Below are positions 1 to 8,514 of a stretch of 64,000 bases of DNA, piece by piece; position 1 is the stretch's first letter, and each line of letters begins with the position of its first letter. The DNA lies in the NCBI GenBank assembly GCA_048270185.1, contig JBLWTJ010000001.1, positions 512,001-576,000 of the forward strand, in the 5' to 3' direction. The notes beneath the pieces are model-generated. The model was not told the origin of the DNA, ran no database searches, and worked only from the letters and a program-made list of their open reading frames with translations. The translations under genes and the position numbers were made by a program. This DNA comes from Bacteriovoracaceae bacterium. Its GTDB lineage: Bacteria; Bdellovibrionota; Bacteriovoracia; Bacteriovoracales; Bacteriovoracaceae.

Positions 1-211
1 TTAATATTTCATCAACAGATTTCTCAATATCTGAAAACTGACTCTCCAATGGATAAGATGCATAGAAGAAAGTATCAGCATAGACGTGAGTCTCAAAGCC
101 ATGAACAAAGTGAACCTCGCTCCAATCATCCCAATTAAAGTTGGCCAATTGCTTCTTATAGGAATCAATTGATTCATTAGTTATATCGACACAAATCATT
201 AACTTACTCAT
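1..211 (-). CDS. Universal-stress-protein-like protein, N-terminal part (runs off window start)
   Basis: Not in ORF track. Manual translation MSKLMICVDITNESIDSYKKQLANFNWDDWSEVHFVHGFETHVYADTFF...; N-terminal 'KLMICVD' and 'EVHFVH' strands resemble the USP fold; AGGAG RBS upstream. Confidence 0.5.
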   Translation of the reverse strand, partial: MSKLMICVDITNESIDSYKKQLANFNWDDWSEVHFVHGFETHVYADTFFYASYPLESQFSDIEKSVDEIL

Positions 212-412
212 ACAAACTCCTTTAGTAAGCCTATTGTCTGCCTACAATTAGCTACAGTATATGACCTAAATCATATCAACAAAGACAAATGCATCACATA
301 GCAAAAGGGTAAATTTTAAAAAATTAACTATCTAAAAATATCGCTAACTTGTCCTTTACAACAAGAATTGAAAAGTTCAGAATTTAGGTATTAAACTTGT
401 AAGAGGATTTAC

Positions 413-739
413 ATGTCAGCAAACTTCATGATGAAGCACATATTTCTAATAGCTCTATTATCATTTAAGGCCAACTTATACGCCTGTGAAGTTGGACCAA
501 ATATCCAAGTCACAATCTATGATGAAATTCAGTTTTCTCCAAAAGACTGTGACTATATCGGCCAACGAATCAGTAAGTATCAAGATATATTTAAATATTC
601 AAAAAAGACCCAACAGCAGAATCAAGAAAAGTATTACTTAAGTGACCAAATCATCACAATCCAGATCCAGCAACTCAGGATTCATAATCAGGTGTATGGA
701 CAACTTATGATTGGAAAATTCGCTAAAAATACTAAGTAA
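413..739 (+). CDS. Hypothetical secreted protein
   Basis: GAGGA RBS; hydrophobic signal-peptide-like N-terminus. Confidence 0.55.
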   Translation: MSANFMMKHIFLIALLSFKANLYACEVGPNIQVTIYDEIQFSPKDCDYIGQRISKYQDIFKYSKKTQQQNQEKYYLSDQIITIQIQQLRIHNQVYGQLMIGKFAKNTK

Positions 740-820
740 ATATTATCAATAGTATTTACTTAAAAAAGAAATTTACCTATTTAGAGTTATACATTCGACT
801 TAGGGAAACGGGGGCACAAT

Positions 821-1300
821 ATGAAATTTCTTATTTCAATCATAACACTTTTATCAATCACTTCAGCTTCAGCTCAAACTGACTTTCTAACGAAGTCTGA
901 AGCAGATAAAATCAATGGTTATATGGATGATATCTGTATGGATACATATTGTGGTGGAGATATAAATTTCTACACACAAGGTATGAGTTGTTCTGGTGAT
1001 ACTTGTACGATTAAATACCTTGCAAAGACTTGGTCTGGATCAAGTGATTCATTTGATGCTGATCTTTTAAAGGCCCTTGAAGGTAAGACAAAGAAATTCT
1101 ACTCATTAAACTCAGAGCTTAAGTTTGAAAACTTTGGTCCAGATGAAGATGACACAGCTTCAGTAAATATCTCCTGTACAATGAAAAAGCTTAACGCCAA
1201 AGATCTAGCAGAGTATGACAATGACAAGCAAGAATATATGTATATGACGATCCTCGAGTCATGTATTGATCCGATTGAATCTCTAATTCTCGATTACTAA
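821..1300 (+). CDS. Hypothetical secreted Cys-containing protein
   Basis: Signal peptide ending ASA; several Cys (ICMDTYCGGD); followed by a terminator. Confidence 0.75.
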   Translation: MKFLISIITLLSITSASAQTDFLTKSEADKINGYMDDICMDTYCGGDINFYTQGMSCSGDTCTIKYLAKTWSGSSDSFDADLLKALEGKTKKFYSLNSELKFENFGPDEDDTASVNISCTMKKLNAKDLAEYDNDKQEYMYMTILESCIDPIESLILDY

Positions 1301-1322
1301 TAAAAATCAATATCCATATAAG

Positions 1323-1349
1323 AAGGCCGGCGTTATGCTGGCCTTTTTT
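1323..1349 (+). terminator. Rho-independent terminator
   Basis: AAGGCCGGC-GTTAT-GCTGGCCTT followed by T tract. Confidence 0.8.
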
Positions 1350-1564
1350 ATTTGCAGCTATATAACTTATTTAGAGTTGTGTAAGACAATATTTGATTAA
1401 CTCCTTAAACAGAGCTTTGCTTTCGTATTCTTTGCGAGGTAGATATATCTCATCGGAGGAAGTATGAAGGTTGTTGCTCTTGTTAATCTTATAATTCTAA
1501 CTGCGTTTCTATCGTTGATTTATCTTGGGGTGTGAGTACACAGTTAAAACCTCTGGAGTGCATG

Positions 1565-1609
1565 TATTTTAATAAGTTAAGTATTCAATTAAGCACATGT
1601 AAGCACGAC
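1565..1609. repeat. Copy 1 of a 45-bp imperfect direct repeat (att-arm-like)
   Basis: 38/45 identical to 3232-3276; contains tandem TAAGCACA/TAAGCACG. Confidence 0.75.
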
Positions 1610-1645
1610 GTAATTAAATTTACATTTCGATGCAAAATTAGCGTG

Positions 1646-1888
1646 TTAATCATTACTTATTTTTGATAGTATTTTTCTTCTAGCTCTTTTTAAAATCTTG
1701 TTATAATCACTTTTGAATGGTTCAACTAACTTTTCTTCAAAACTAGCTTCTAAACTCCAAATCACTCTTTTTTCAGATTCATCTAAAAATGTGTTTTCAA
1801 GTGCATCATCATTATTCACCCGTGCTAAGTACTCAAATAAAACCAATGCTTCTTCTTTACTAAATTCAATTATTACTTTGTCTTTCAT
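1646..1888 (-). CDS. Small hypothetical protein translationally coupled to the Fic gene
   Basis: ATGA overlap with the Fic stop codon; plausible 80-aa helical protein. Confidence 0.75.
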   Translation of the reverse strand: MKDKVIIEFSKEEALVLFEYLARVNNDDALENTFLDESEKRVIWSLEASFEEKLVEPFKSDYNKILKRARRKILSKISND

Positions 1889-3003
1889 TCTATAATCTCA
1901 CGATTTAGACGATAGCTTGTCGAGCGACCTGCTCCATCATTTTTCAAAATCAAACCTTTTACCAATAAATCTTTTAAGTCTCTCTTTGCACTTTCTGGAC
2001 TCGTCTTTGCCATAGCGACATATTTCTTATTAGTAAGACCTCCTTGAAAATCATTAGGAAGGTTTTCAAGTAATTTCCTCATCACCTTAAGCTGTCTCTC
2101 ATTTAAGCTCATTTCATTAATCACATCAAAGAACTTTGAAATTGAAAGTGATTTATTAATATTAGAAAGTGAAGCATTTATACTTTTGGTAATCGTCTCA
2201 AGAAACCACACTATCCACAGGGTTATATCTCCTGCGCTTTTTTGTGTTTCTTCTAAAATTTCATAATACTTTTTACGATCTGCTCTTATCTGAGAAGACA
2301 AACTGTAATAACGATTTTGCGATTGTTCGTCCTGGGCGACGGCCATATCAGTTATGCATCTAGAAATACGGCCATTACCATCTTCAAAAGGGTGAATCGT
2401 AACAAACCAGAAGTGAGCAATCGCTGCTCTTATATAACCATCGAGAGAGAGACTCTCGTCACTGCTAAACCAGTTTAAGAACTGTTGGACTTCCTGGTTT
2501 ACTTGGCCAGAAGGAGGAGCCTCATAGTGAATAATTTCACTTCCCATGCGACCTGAAATGACACGCATAGGATTAAGATTGGCTCTAAATTTTCCTACCT
2601 CTTCACTTGAGATAAATGTTTGTGAGTTTAAAAACAAAAGTTTATGCCATTCAAAAAGTCTATTTTTTGTCAGTGGTGATCTGAAATTAGTTGTTGCTTC
2701 CATAAGCATTTCAACAATACCTTCTGTATGTCTAGAAGGAGCCGGAAGGCCTGCACGTGTGAGTCCAAGTCTTTTGGCCACACTTGATCTAACATCATTA
2801 GGGTCTAAAACTTCTCCTTCAATAGAAGATGTTTCAATAACTTCTGAAGCTAGGATTTCCCCTAGATTATTTAAGTTAATTGAACCTACAACAGAAAGAA
2901 GTTGTTGTTGGGTCTGTCTTGCATTTTGAAGATATGGAGTAATCGTAGTCGCATCCCAATTGAAGTTAGGCCAACTCGAATGCTGCCAAATGTAATTTTC
3001 CAT
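1885..3003 (-). CDS. Fic family protein (DUF4172 N-terminus, Fic domain, C-terminal HTH)
   Basis: HPFEDGNGRISR catalytic motif; TSSIEG inhibitory motif; YIWQHSSWPNF N-terminus; start revised to ATG 3003 with GAGG RBS. Confidence 0.92.
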   Translation of the reverse strand: MENYIWQHSSWPNFNWDATTITPYLQNARQTQQQLLSVVGSINLNNLGEILASEVIETSSIEGEVLDPNDVRSSVAKRLGLTRAGLPAPSRHTEGIVEMLMEATTNFRSPLTKNRLFEWHKLLFLNSQTFISSEEVGKFRANLNPMRVISGRMGSEIIHYEAPPSGQVNQEVQQFLNWFSSDESLSLDGYIRAAIAHFWFVTIHPFEDGNGRISRCITDMAVAQDEQSQNRYYSLSSQIRADRKKYYEILEETQKSAGDITLWIVWFLETITKSINASLSNINKSLSISKFFDVINEMSLNERQLKVMRKLLENLPNDFQGGLTNKKYVAMAKTSPESAKRDLKDLLVKGLILKNDGAGRSTSYRLNREIIE

Positions 3004-3017
3004 AGTTACCTCATTTA

Positions 3018-3080
3018 TGACCTGATTAAAACACCTTATTCGGGTCAGATATGACCTGATTATAGCTTTTATTCGGGTCA
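3018..3080. promoter_or_regulatory. Two tandem palindromic operator-like sites upstream of fic
   Basis: TGACCTGATTA...TATTCGGGTCA at 3018-3047 and 3052-3080. Confidence 0.65.
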
Positions 3081-3162
3081 GACGCAAGATGCCTGGAATA
3101 TCCGGATTTACCCGACTCCCAAACCGGGAGAATACATGTTTAAATCGAGCTTATCTTCAGGT

Positions 3163-3202
3163 AAAAAAAGAAAACCTAGAACAAGCCTGGGTTTTTCTTT
3201 TT
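3163..3202 (-). terminator. Terminator-like hairpin flanked by A/T tracts
   Basis: AAAAAGAAAACCTAG-AACAAGC-CTGGGTTTTTCTTTTT. Confidence 0.6.
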
Positions 3203-3231
3203 GAATTTGGAGGATTCGATAGATTCTCCGA

Positions 3232-3276
3232 TATTTCAATAAGTTAGATATTCAATTAAGCACAAATTAGCACGGC
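3232..3276. repeat. Copy 2 of the 45-bp direct repeat, with IHF-like site
   Basis: 38/45 identical to 1565-1609; TTTCAATAAGTTA resembles IHF consensus WATCAANNNNTTR. Confidence 0.75.
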
Positions 3277-3374
3277 TATTACGATTTAAATTTAAGATGT
3301 TTCGATCGAATCAGTTGGGCAAGTACTCGATCGCTATAGTTTGAGTACTAGAGTCGAGAATTAAAAATGAGCTA

Positions 3375-4244
3375 TTACTTATATTCCTCTGCCTTTATAA
3401 GCTCACCGGCCTTCTTAATACCGAATTTCAGTGCCTCCAACTGACAATTATAACTGACTAATGACCGACTAGAATTAACACAGCTTAAATTGTACTCTGT
3501 AGAAAGAGAGTTATCTAAAATCGTGGATGAATAGTAAGCATGCTCATAGCTTTTCATTTTTGTCGAATCAGTATTTATCTTAGAGCTACAATTGAAATCT
3601 AGCTCATCAAACGTAGACGTCCATACTTCATTATCGTAGTCGTCTTTTGCTCTGTTGTTATTATTAACAATGTTTAACTGACCTATATAGTTGTACAACG
3701 CATTTTTAAAAAGAATGTCATCATTAAATGTAGAAGATATTCTCTCTTTCATGTTACTAAGAATTTCTTTGTTTAAAGTATTATTAAACCTTTCTTCACA
3801 TAGAACATCATATTTAATAATACTAACAAACTTTTGTTCTGACATTGTTTTATGAACTAGCTTTTTAGATAACTTCTTCATACGGCGAATATTTTCACAT
3901 GAAACTTCAGCTTTAGTCTTTAAATCATTAATCATATGAAATATTAATTTTTCACTATTATTGAGAATGATAGTTTTAAAATCATCTATTGAGTTAATAA
4001 ACGAGTTTAAAGGCCTGCAAGAGTAATCCTTTTTTTCTGTTCTTCCATCTATATCAACAAACTCAAATTCAGAAGAATACTCTAAAATACCATTTCTATT
4101 CTTTGTGAACTTAAGCTCAAACTCCTTTTTTATACTACCTATTAACAATTGCTTTGTATTTAAAGATTTCTTGTCAATGCTTGCTCTATCAACGGCATAT
4201 ACTGTTAGATTAAAAGTAATACAGATCAAAATAAGAATATTCAT
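3375..4244 (-). CDS. Hypothetical secreted protein, very AT-rich (probably acquired)
   Basis: ORF 3375..4262; likelier start MNILILICITF (4244) with GAGGA RBS and signal peptide. Confidence 0.7.
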   Translation of the reverse strand: MNILILICITFNLTVYAVDRASIDKKSLNTKQLLIGSIKKEFELKFTKNRNGILEYSSEFEFVDIDGRTEKKDYSCRPLNSFINSIDDFKTIILNNSEKLIFHMINDLKTKAEVSCENIRRMKKLSKKLVHKTMSEQKFVSIIKYDVLCEERFNNTLNKEILSNMKERISSTFNDDILFKNALYNYIGQLNIVNNNNRAKDDYDNEVWTSTFDELDFNCSSKINTDSTKMKSYEHAYYSSTILDNSLSTEYNLSCVNSSRSLVSYNCQLEALKFGIKKAGELIKAEEYK

Positions 4245-4330
4245 AAAGTCCTCAATAAACACAAGTTATTACATTAAATACATTGTTTTTATTGTATATA
4301 GAAGACAATTGTAAATATGTTAATAAAAAC

Positions 4331-4361
4331 AAAAACGCCAAGGACATAAGCCTTGGCGTTT
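4331..4361 (-). terminator. Terminator downstream of tRNA-Cys
   Basis: AAACGCCAAGG-ACATAAG-CCTTGGCGTTT; T tract on minus strand. Confidence 0.85.
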
Positions 4362-4365
4362 CTAG

Positions 4366-4442
4366 TGGAGGACGAGACCGGATTTGAACCGGTGAAAAAC
4401 AGTTTTGCAAACTGCCCTATTAGACCACTCTAGCACCCGTCC
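4366..4442 (-). tRNA. tRNA-Cys(GCA)
   Basis: Cloverleaf: GGACGGG/CTCGTCC acceptor, GCAGT-TTGCAAA-ACTGT anticodon arm, ACCGG-TTCAAAT-CCGGT T arm, U73 discriminator, encoded CCA. Confidence 0.93.
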
Positions 4443-4579
4443 GCATGAATGATTTTAGAATTCCTATAATATGGATTTTTACTGATAAGTCAACGGAAAT
4501 ACTTAGGATAAATAGCTGAAAATGTAGGCCCACTTCATAAGAAATGGACCTAGCACCAAGTATTGGATGTCAATGAGAC

Positions 4580-4885
4580 TTAAGCTTCACGAATAACGTA
4601 TTTGTCCTTACCTTCGTCAACCATCTCTCTTAGTTCTTTACCAACTTTGAAAAATGGAACTTTCTTAGGTGGAACCTTAACGACTTTACCAGTCTTAGGG
4701 TTACGTCCTTCATAAGCCTTATAATTACGATTCGCAAATGAACCGAAGCCTCTGATTTCGATTCTTTCATCATTAAATAAAGCGTTGATCATGTCATCAA
4801 AACAAATATTTACAACAGTCTCTGCCTGCTTGTGTGTAACATTCGCTTGCTTCTCGATTGCTGCAATTAAATCTGCTTTAGTCAT
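4580..4885 (-). CDS. ihfB: Integration host factor beta / HU family DNA-binding protein
   Basis: MTKADLI...RIEIRGFGSF...GRNPKTG...PFFKVGKELRE. Confidence 0.88.
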   Translation of the reverse strand: MTKADLIAAIEKQANVTHKQAETVVNICFDDMINALFNDERIEIRGFGSFANRNYKAYEGRNPKTGKVVKVPPKKVPFFKVGKELREMVDEGKDKYVIREA

Positions 4886-5113
4886 ATCTATCTCCTCTCC
4901 AATCTATGAGAATTGTATTCGAGTAAAACTCAATCCTATGATTTTTAGTTACCCACTTATCGTCCAAGTCTCTAAAAACATTAGATATATTTATAATGCC
5001 ACAAAAAATTTACTATATTTCTGAACAGTCACTATCTGCCCCATTATATAAGGTACTGAAATCACGTTAATGCGTCAATAATTTCAAGGGAATGTAAGGA
5101 ATTAACCTAAAAT

Positions 5114-5141
5114 TAAAGAAGTCTTAAGAATATGGCGATTA
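5114..5141 (+). promoter_or_regulatory. Weak sigma28 (FliA)-like promoter
   Basis: TAAA-N16-GGCGATTA versus consensus TAAA-N15-GCCGATAA. Confidence 0.3.
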
Positions 5142-5170
5142 AGTAAGTAGTATTTTAAGGAATTTGGCCA

Positions 5171-6880
5171 ATGAAGGTAATCTATTTAATTCTATTTTTG
5201 TTCATTACAAGCTCTTGTGTTCCACAAGTTGCCCGTCCAGACGGATTCTTTGACGATGTGAACGTATCTGATAGCTGTGAGGATCTCTTCTTCTTACTAA
5301 ATGAAGGAAATGTCTGTGCCAGCTCATGCAATGACGGTGAAGTTGTCGCTACAGATGAACAAGTTGAAGAAATATTAGCAAATGAAAATCTTGATGATTT
5401 CACACGCGAAAATATTCAATTATCTATTGGTGTCTGTATCACGGCCGAAGAAGAGATTGTTCGCCCAAGTGATTCCCTATTTATTGATGATAATTTCTGT
5501 ATTTGTAAGAATCAGAAAGTTGCTTCAGTTACAAGTGGTGCCGATTGTGCGGCAACATGCCAAAATAAAACAGCAACGGTGGCAACACTTTACGGTAGCG
5601 TTTCAGTAGGGGCCCTTATTCAAGGTAATGCTAATCTTGAAAACCTTTTTGGTTTCTGTAATAACGCCATTGATAATGGCGCCACAAACCCTCCATCATG
5701 CTCTCTTGTTGCAACAGATATCGATGGAAAGCGCTTTACAAGTGTGCTTAAAACTTTCCAAGGAACAAACCTTTTTGAAGCAAACCTAGAAGCAACAGGT
5801 GCAAACTTTGGAGAGGCCTATACTTTTCATATTGAAGAAACTGGCAGTGGTGTTGAATACGCAACTTCAGATCACGAGCAATTTAAATTATTTGAACCAG
5901 GTGATGATGACGAATATGATGGAAATCTAAAGATCAAACTTATTTCACAATACACTTGTATGATTCGTGCCACGGCCACTAGCTCAAATTATGATGCCAG
6001 CCAACAAATCTACCTTGATACAGTTAGAAAGCACTTCTATATGCCTGTCGATTACCCTACACCTTACCTTCCACCAGGAGTCAGTGATACAATCTTCTGT
6101 CACGACTATATTAAGACGGGACAAAATGATGACTCTCCACAATTTGCAAGACTTGAACTAACCCCAGATCATTTTTCTCTTTGGGATGTAAATGATGTTC
6201 GCTTTATCGCTGATGGTGATAACCGCACAGTCGACTTTCTTATTAAGAATAGAATGATAGAAATGGGGGCCAATATTTCAGGAACGAAGTCTTACTTCGC
6301 GCCTCTTGAAACATGTGTTGCACCAAGTGTTAGCGTTGAAGATGGTGGCTTCCCTGAAGCCTGTACATCAACTGAATCAGGCCTAATTCAATCAGGGCTC
6401 GCCCTTATGCCTTTCTTTACCGACAATAGTGGCCGTGCAATCTGTCCAGGTTATACAGAGTACAATTCGAGCAATATTGAATTTAAGGCCCTTGGAGAAA
6501 TTATTGGTGTTCCAACAGAAGGTCTCTACTTTGCTCAAGGACCACGTGAAGTAATTGAGTTAACAGATGGTACAAAGCAAGAGATCAAACCAGCTGATGT
6601 TATGTTTATTCGCGAAGGACTATTAAAGAATATCTGGTTCCACCTGACGACAGATGGAGTCCACTACAAACCAACAAATGATACAGTTTCACAACCGACC
6701 TACTTCTACTGGCCGGCCGATGTCGATGCTCCTTATGTCCAAAAGCGTGGTTATCAGAAGCTTTATCAAGTCATGCATGCATCTGAGCTTGTAAGTAGTG
6801 GGTACACATCTTCAATACCTACGACGATTAAGCCTCTTGATCGCAAGATGGGATGTATTCCGGTTACAAGTTCAAATTAA
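5171..6880 (+). CDS. Cys-rich lipoprotein of unknown function
   Basis: Lipobox-like TSSC-VPQ; many Cys; 569 aa. Confidence 0.8.
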   Translation: MKVIYLILFLFITSSCVPQVARPDGFFDDVNVSDSCEDLFFLLNEGNVCASSCNDGEVVATDEQVEEILANENLDDFTRENIQLSIGVCITAEEEIVRPSDSLFIDDNFCICKNQKVASVTSGADCAATCQNKTATVATLYGSVSVGALIQGNANLENLFGFCNNAIDNGATNPPSCSLVATDIDGKRFTSVLKTFQGTNLFEANLEATGANFGEAYTFHIEETGSGVEYATSDHEQFKLFEPGDDDEYDGNLKIKLISQYTCMIRATATSSNYDASQQIYLDTVRKHFYMPVDYPTPYLPPGVSDTIFCHDYIKTGQNDDSPQFARLELTPDHFSLWDVNDVRFIADGDNRTVDFLIKNRMIEMGANISGTKSYFAPLETCVAPSVSVEDGGFPEACTSTESGLIQSGLALMPFFTDNSGRAICPGYTEYNSSNIEFKALGEIIGVPTEGLYFAQGPREVIELTDGTKQEIKPADVMFIREGLLKNIWFHLTTDGVHYKPTNDTVSQPTYFYWPADVDAPYVQKRGYQKLYQVMHASELVSSGYTSSIPTTIKPLDRKMGCIPVTSSN

Positions 6881-6881
6881 T

Positions 6882-7583
6882 TTAGAGAACGCGTTTTTTG
6901 AAAACTTCCACAGATGGATCAAGGTAATCTTTGTATAAGATGTAGATCACGATAAGCTTTGTGGCAGTTGAAAAGAAAAAGAAGATAATCCCCTTAACAA
7001 ATCTTAAGAGAATAAAGTCGTCTTTTTTGATAAACATTTTTTTAAGAAAATACATAAGAATAAAGAGACCTATCACAACTCCAAGTGCAATTTTAAGGAT
7101 CTTCTTATCTTGAGTTAACTCAAAGAGATAAAGCATGGCCTTATCATCTTTAATGAGCCCAACAGCAAAGTTTATGGCCTTATCACTTTGCGAAATATAA
7201 TTTACGAGAGGTTTTCCCTCTAAACTTGTACGAATCATTTCCGCAACTTGATCATCAGGCATATTCTTAAACTGGGAATTTACTAATTTGATGGCCTGTC
7301 TAACCATGGCCGGATTGGCCATATTAAGATTACCTGTACCTACTTGTGAAGGATCAATATGTGCAATAGGTGCTGAATCAACGCTCCCCTCATCTTCATT
7401 AATAACATCTTCTTTAATTACATTGATTGATTCTTCAAGATCTTTGAGTTGTTCTTTGGAATTATAGGTATTATCTCGGCTATCGTAATCATCACCGTAA
7501 GCAAAAACCCTTTGTGCGCAAAGAAGCACACAAAGGGCCGATATAAACATAATTGTATTTTTTAACAATTTCGTCTTAAGCAT
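6882..7583 (-). CDS. Hypothetical membrane protein (signal peptide plus two C-terminal TM helices)
   Basis: Overlaps secF stop; hydrophobic segments. Confidence 0.75.
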   Translation of the reverse strand: MLKTKLLKNTIMFISALCVLLCAQRVFAYGDDYDSRDNTYNSKEQLKDLEESINVIKEDVINEDEGSVDSAPIAHIDPSQVGTGNLNMANPAMVRQAIKLVNSQFKNMPDDQVAEMIRTSLEGKPLVNYISQSDKAINFAVGLIKDDKAMLYLFELTQDKKILKIALGVVIGLFILMYFLKKMFIKKDDFILLRFVKGIIFFFFSTATKLIVIYILYKDYLDPSVEVFKKRVL

Positions 7584-8499
7584 TTACTGGATTTTTTACT
7601 TCATTTCCTCTGAAACGATCAAAAAGTAATACGACAGGTGCAGCAACAAAGTTTGATGAATATGTACCTACAACGACACCAAGAGTGATTGCCATAAAGA
7701 AATCACGGATTGCAAGACCACCAAGGAAGAACATCGTCGCTGAAACAAAAAGAGTTGTTCCAGAAGTTAAGATAGTTCTTGATAGTGTTTCATTAATTGC
7801 ATTATTGATGTGTTCTTTAATATCACGTCCAACAAATTTCGCTTCGTGCTCACGAACTCGGTCATAAACAATAACCGTATCGTTTACCGAGTAACCAATA
7901 ACCGCAAGGATTGCCGCAACTGTTTGTAGAGTAAACTCTGTTCCAGTAAGAGCAAATATCCCTAGGATGATTGTAACATCATGGAAAAGAGCAACAATTG
8001 CTCCTGGTGAGTATTTGAAATCAAAGCGAAGACCTACGTAAACCATAATCGCAAGAAGCGCCCATAGCATCGCTAGGAATCCAGACTTTCTAAGTTCAGC
8101 ACCGGCCTTTGGACCAACGATATCAACTTTTCTAATTTCAACACCATCAGCTTGGTACTTTGTTTGAAGAGTTTGAGATACTTTTTCAGTAACTTCATTT
8201 AAGTTCTCTTCACTAGCACTTACTTTTAGAAGGTATTCATTCTGATCGGCTTCACCGATTGTTTGGATTGTTAGCCCTGTAAATCCAGCAGTTCCCATTT
8301 CCTTTCTTAATTCATTTAAATTTTCTTTCTTTTGGAACTTTACCTGAATTTCAGCTCCACCTCTAAAGTCTACCCCGTACTGCATCTTTGTTGCGATTAA
8401 GAACAATGAGCCAATAACAAGAATTGCAGAGATGAAACCAGCGATTCCAAACTTTCCAACAAAATCGAATTTTGTATTACTTTTAATTACTTCAAACAT
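7576..8499 (-). CDS. secF: Protein translocase subunit SecF
   Basis: GVDFRGG, VGPKAGAEL, GYSVNDTVIVYDRVRE, ETLSRTILTS. Confidence 0.97.
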   Translation of the reverse strand: MFEVIKSNTKFDFVGKFGIAGFISAILVIGSLFLIATKMQYGVDFRGGAEIQVKFQKKENLNELRKEMGTAGFTGLTIQTIGEADQNEYLLKVSASEENLNEVTEKVSQTLQTKYQADGVEIRKVDIVGPKAGAELRKSGFLAMLWALLAIMVYVGLRFDFKYSPGAIVALFHDVTIILGIFALTGTEFTLQTVAAILAVIGYSVNDTVIVYDRVREHEAKFVGRDIKEHINNAINETLSRTILTSGTTLFVSATMFFLGGLAIRDFFMAITLGVVVGTYSSNFVAAPVVLLFDRFRGNEVKNPVNA

Positions 8500-8514
8500 A
8501 TCAACTCCAATACC

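Noticed and set aside
1370..1500. Possible minus-strand gene remnant (KINKSNN...YCLTQL)
   Set aside because: Under 45 codons, no start codon, no recognisable motif
1565..1645. Integron attC site
   Set aside because: No RYYYAAC...GTTRRRY pair or long imperfect palindrome, and no integron integrase in the window
3004..3087. N-terminal extension of Fic in the ORF track
   Set aside because: Translates the operator repeats; RBS and family N-terminus support ATG at 3003
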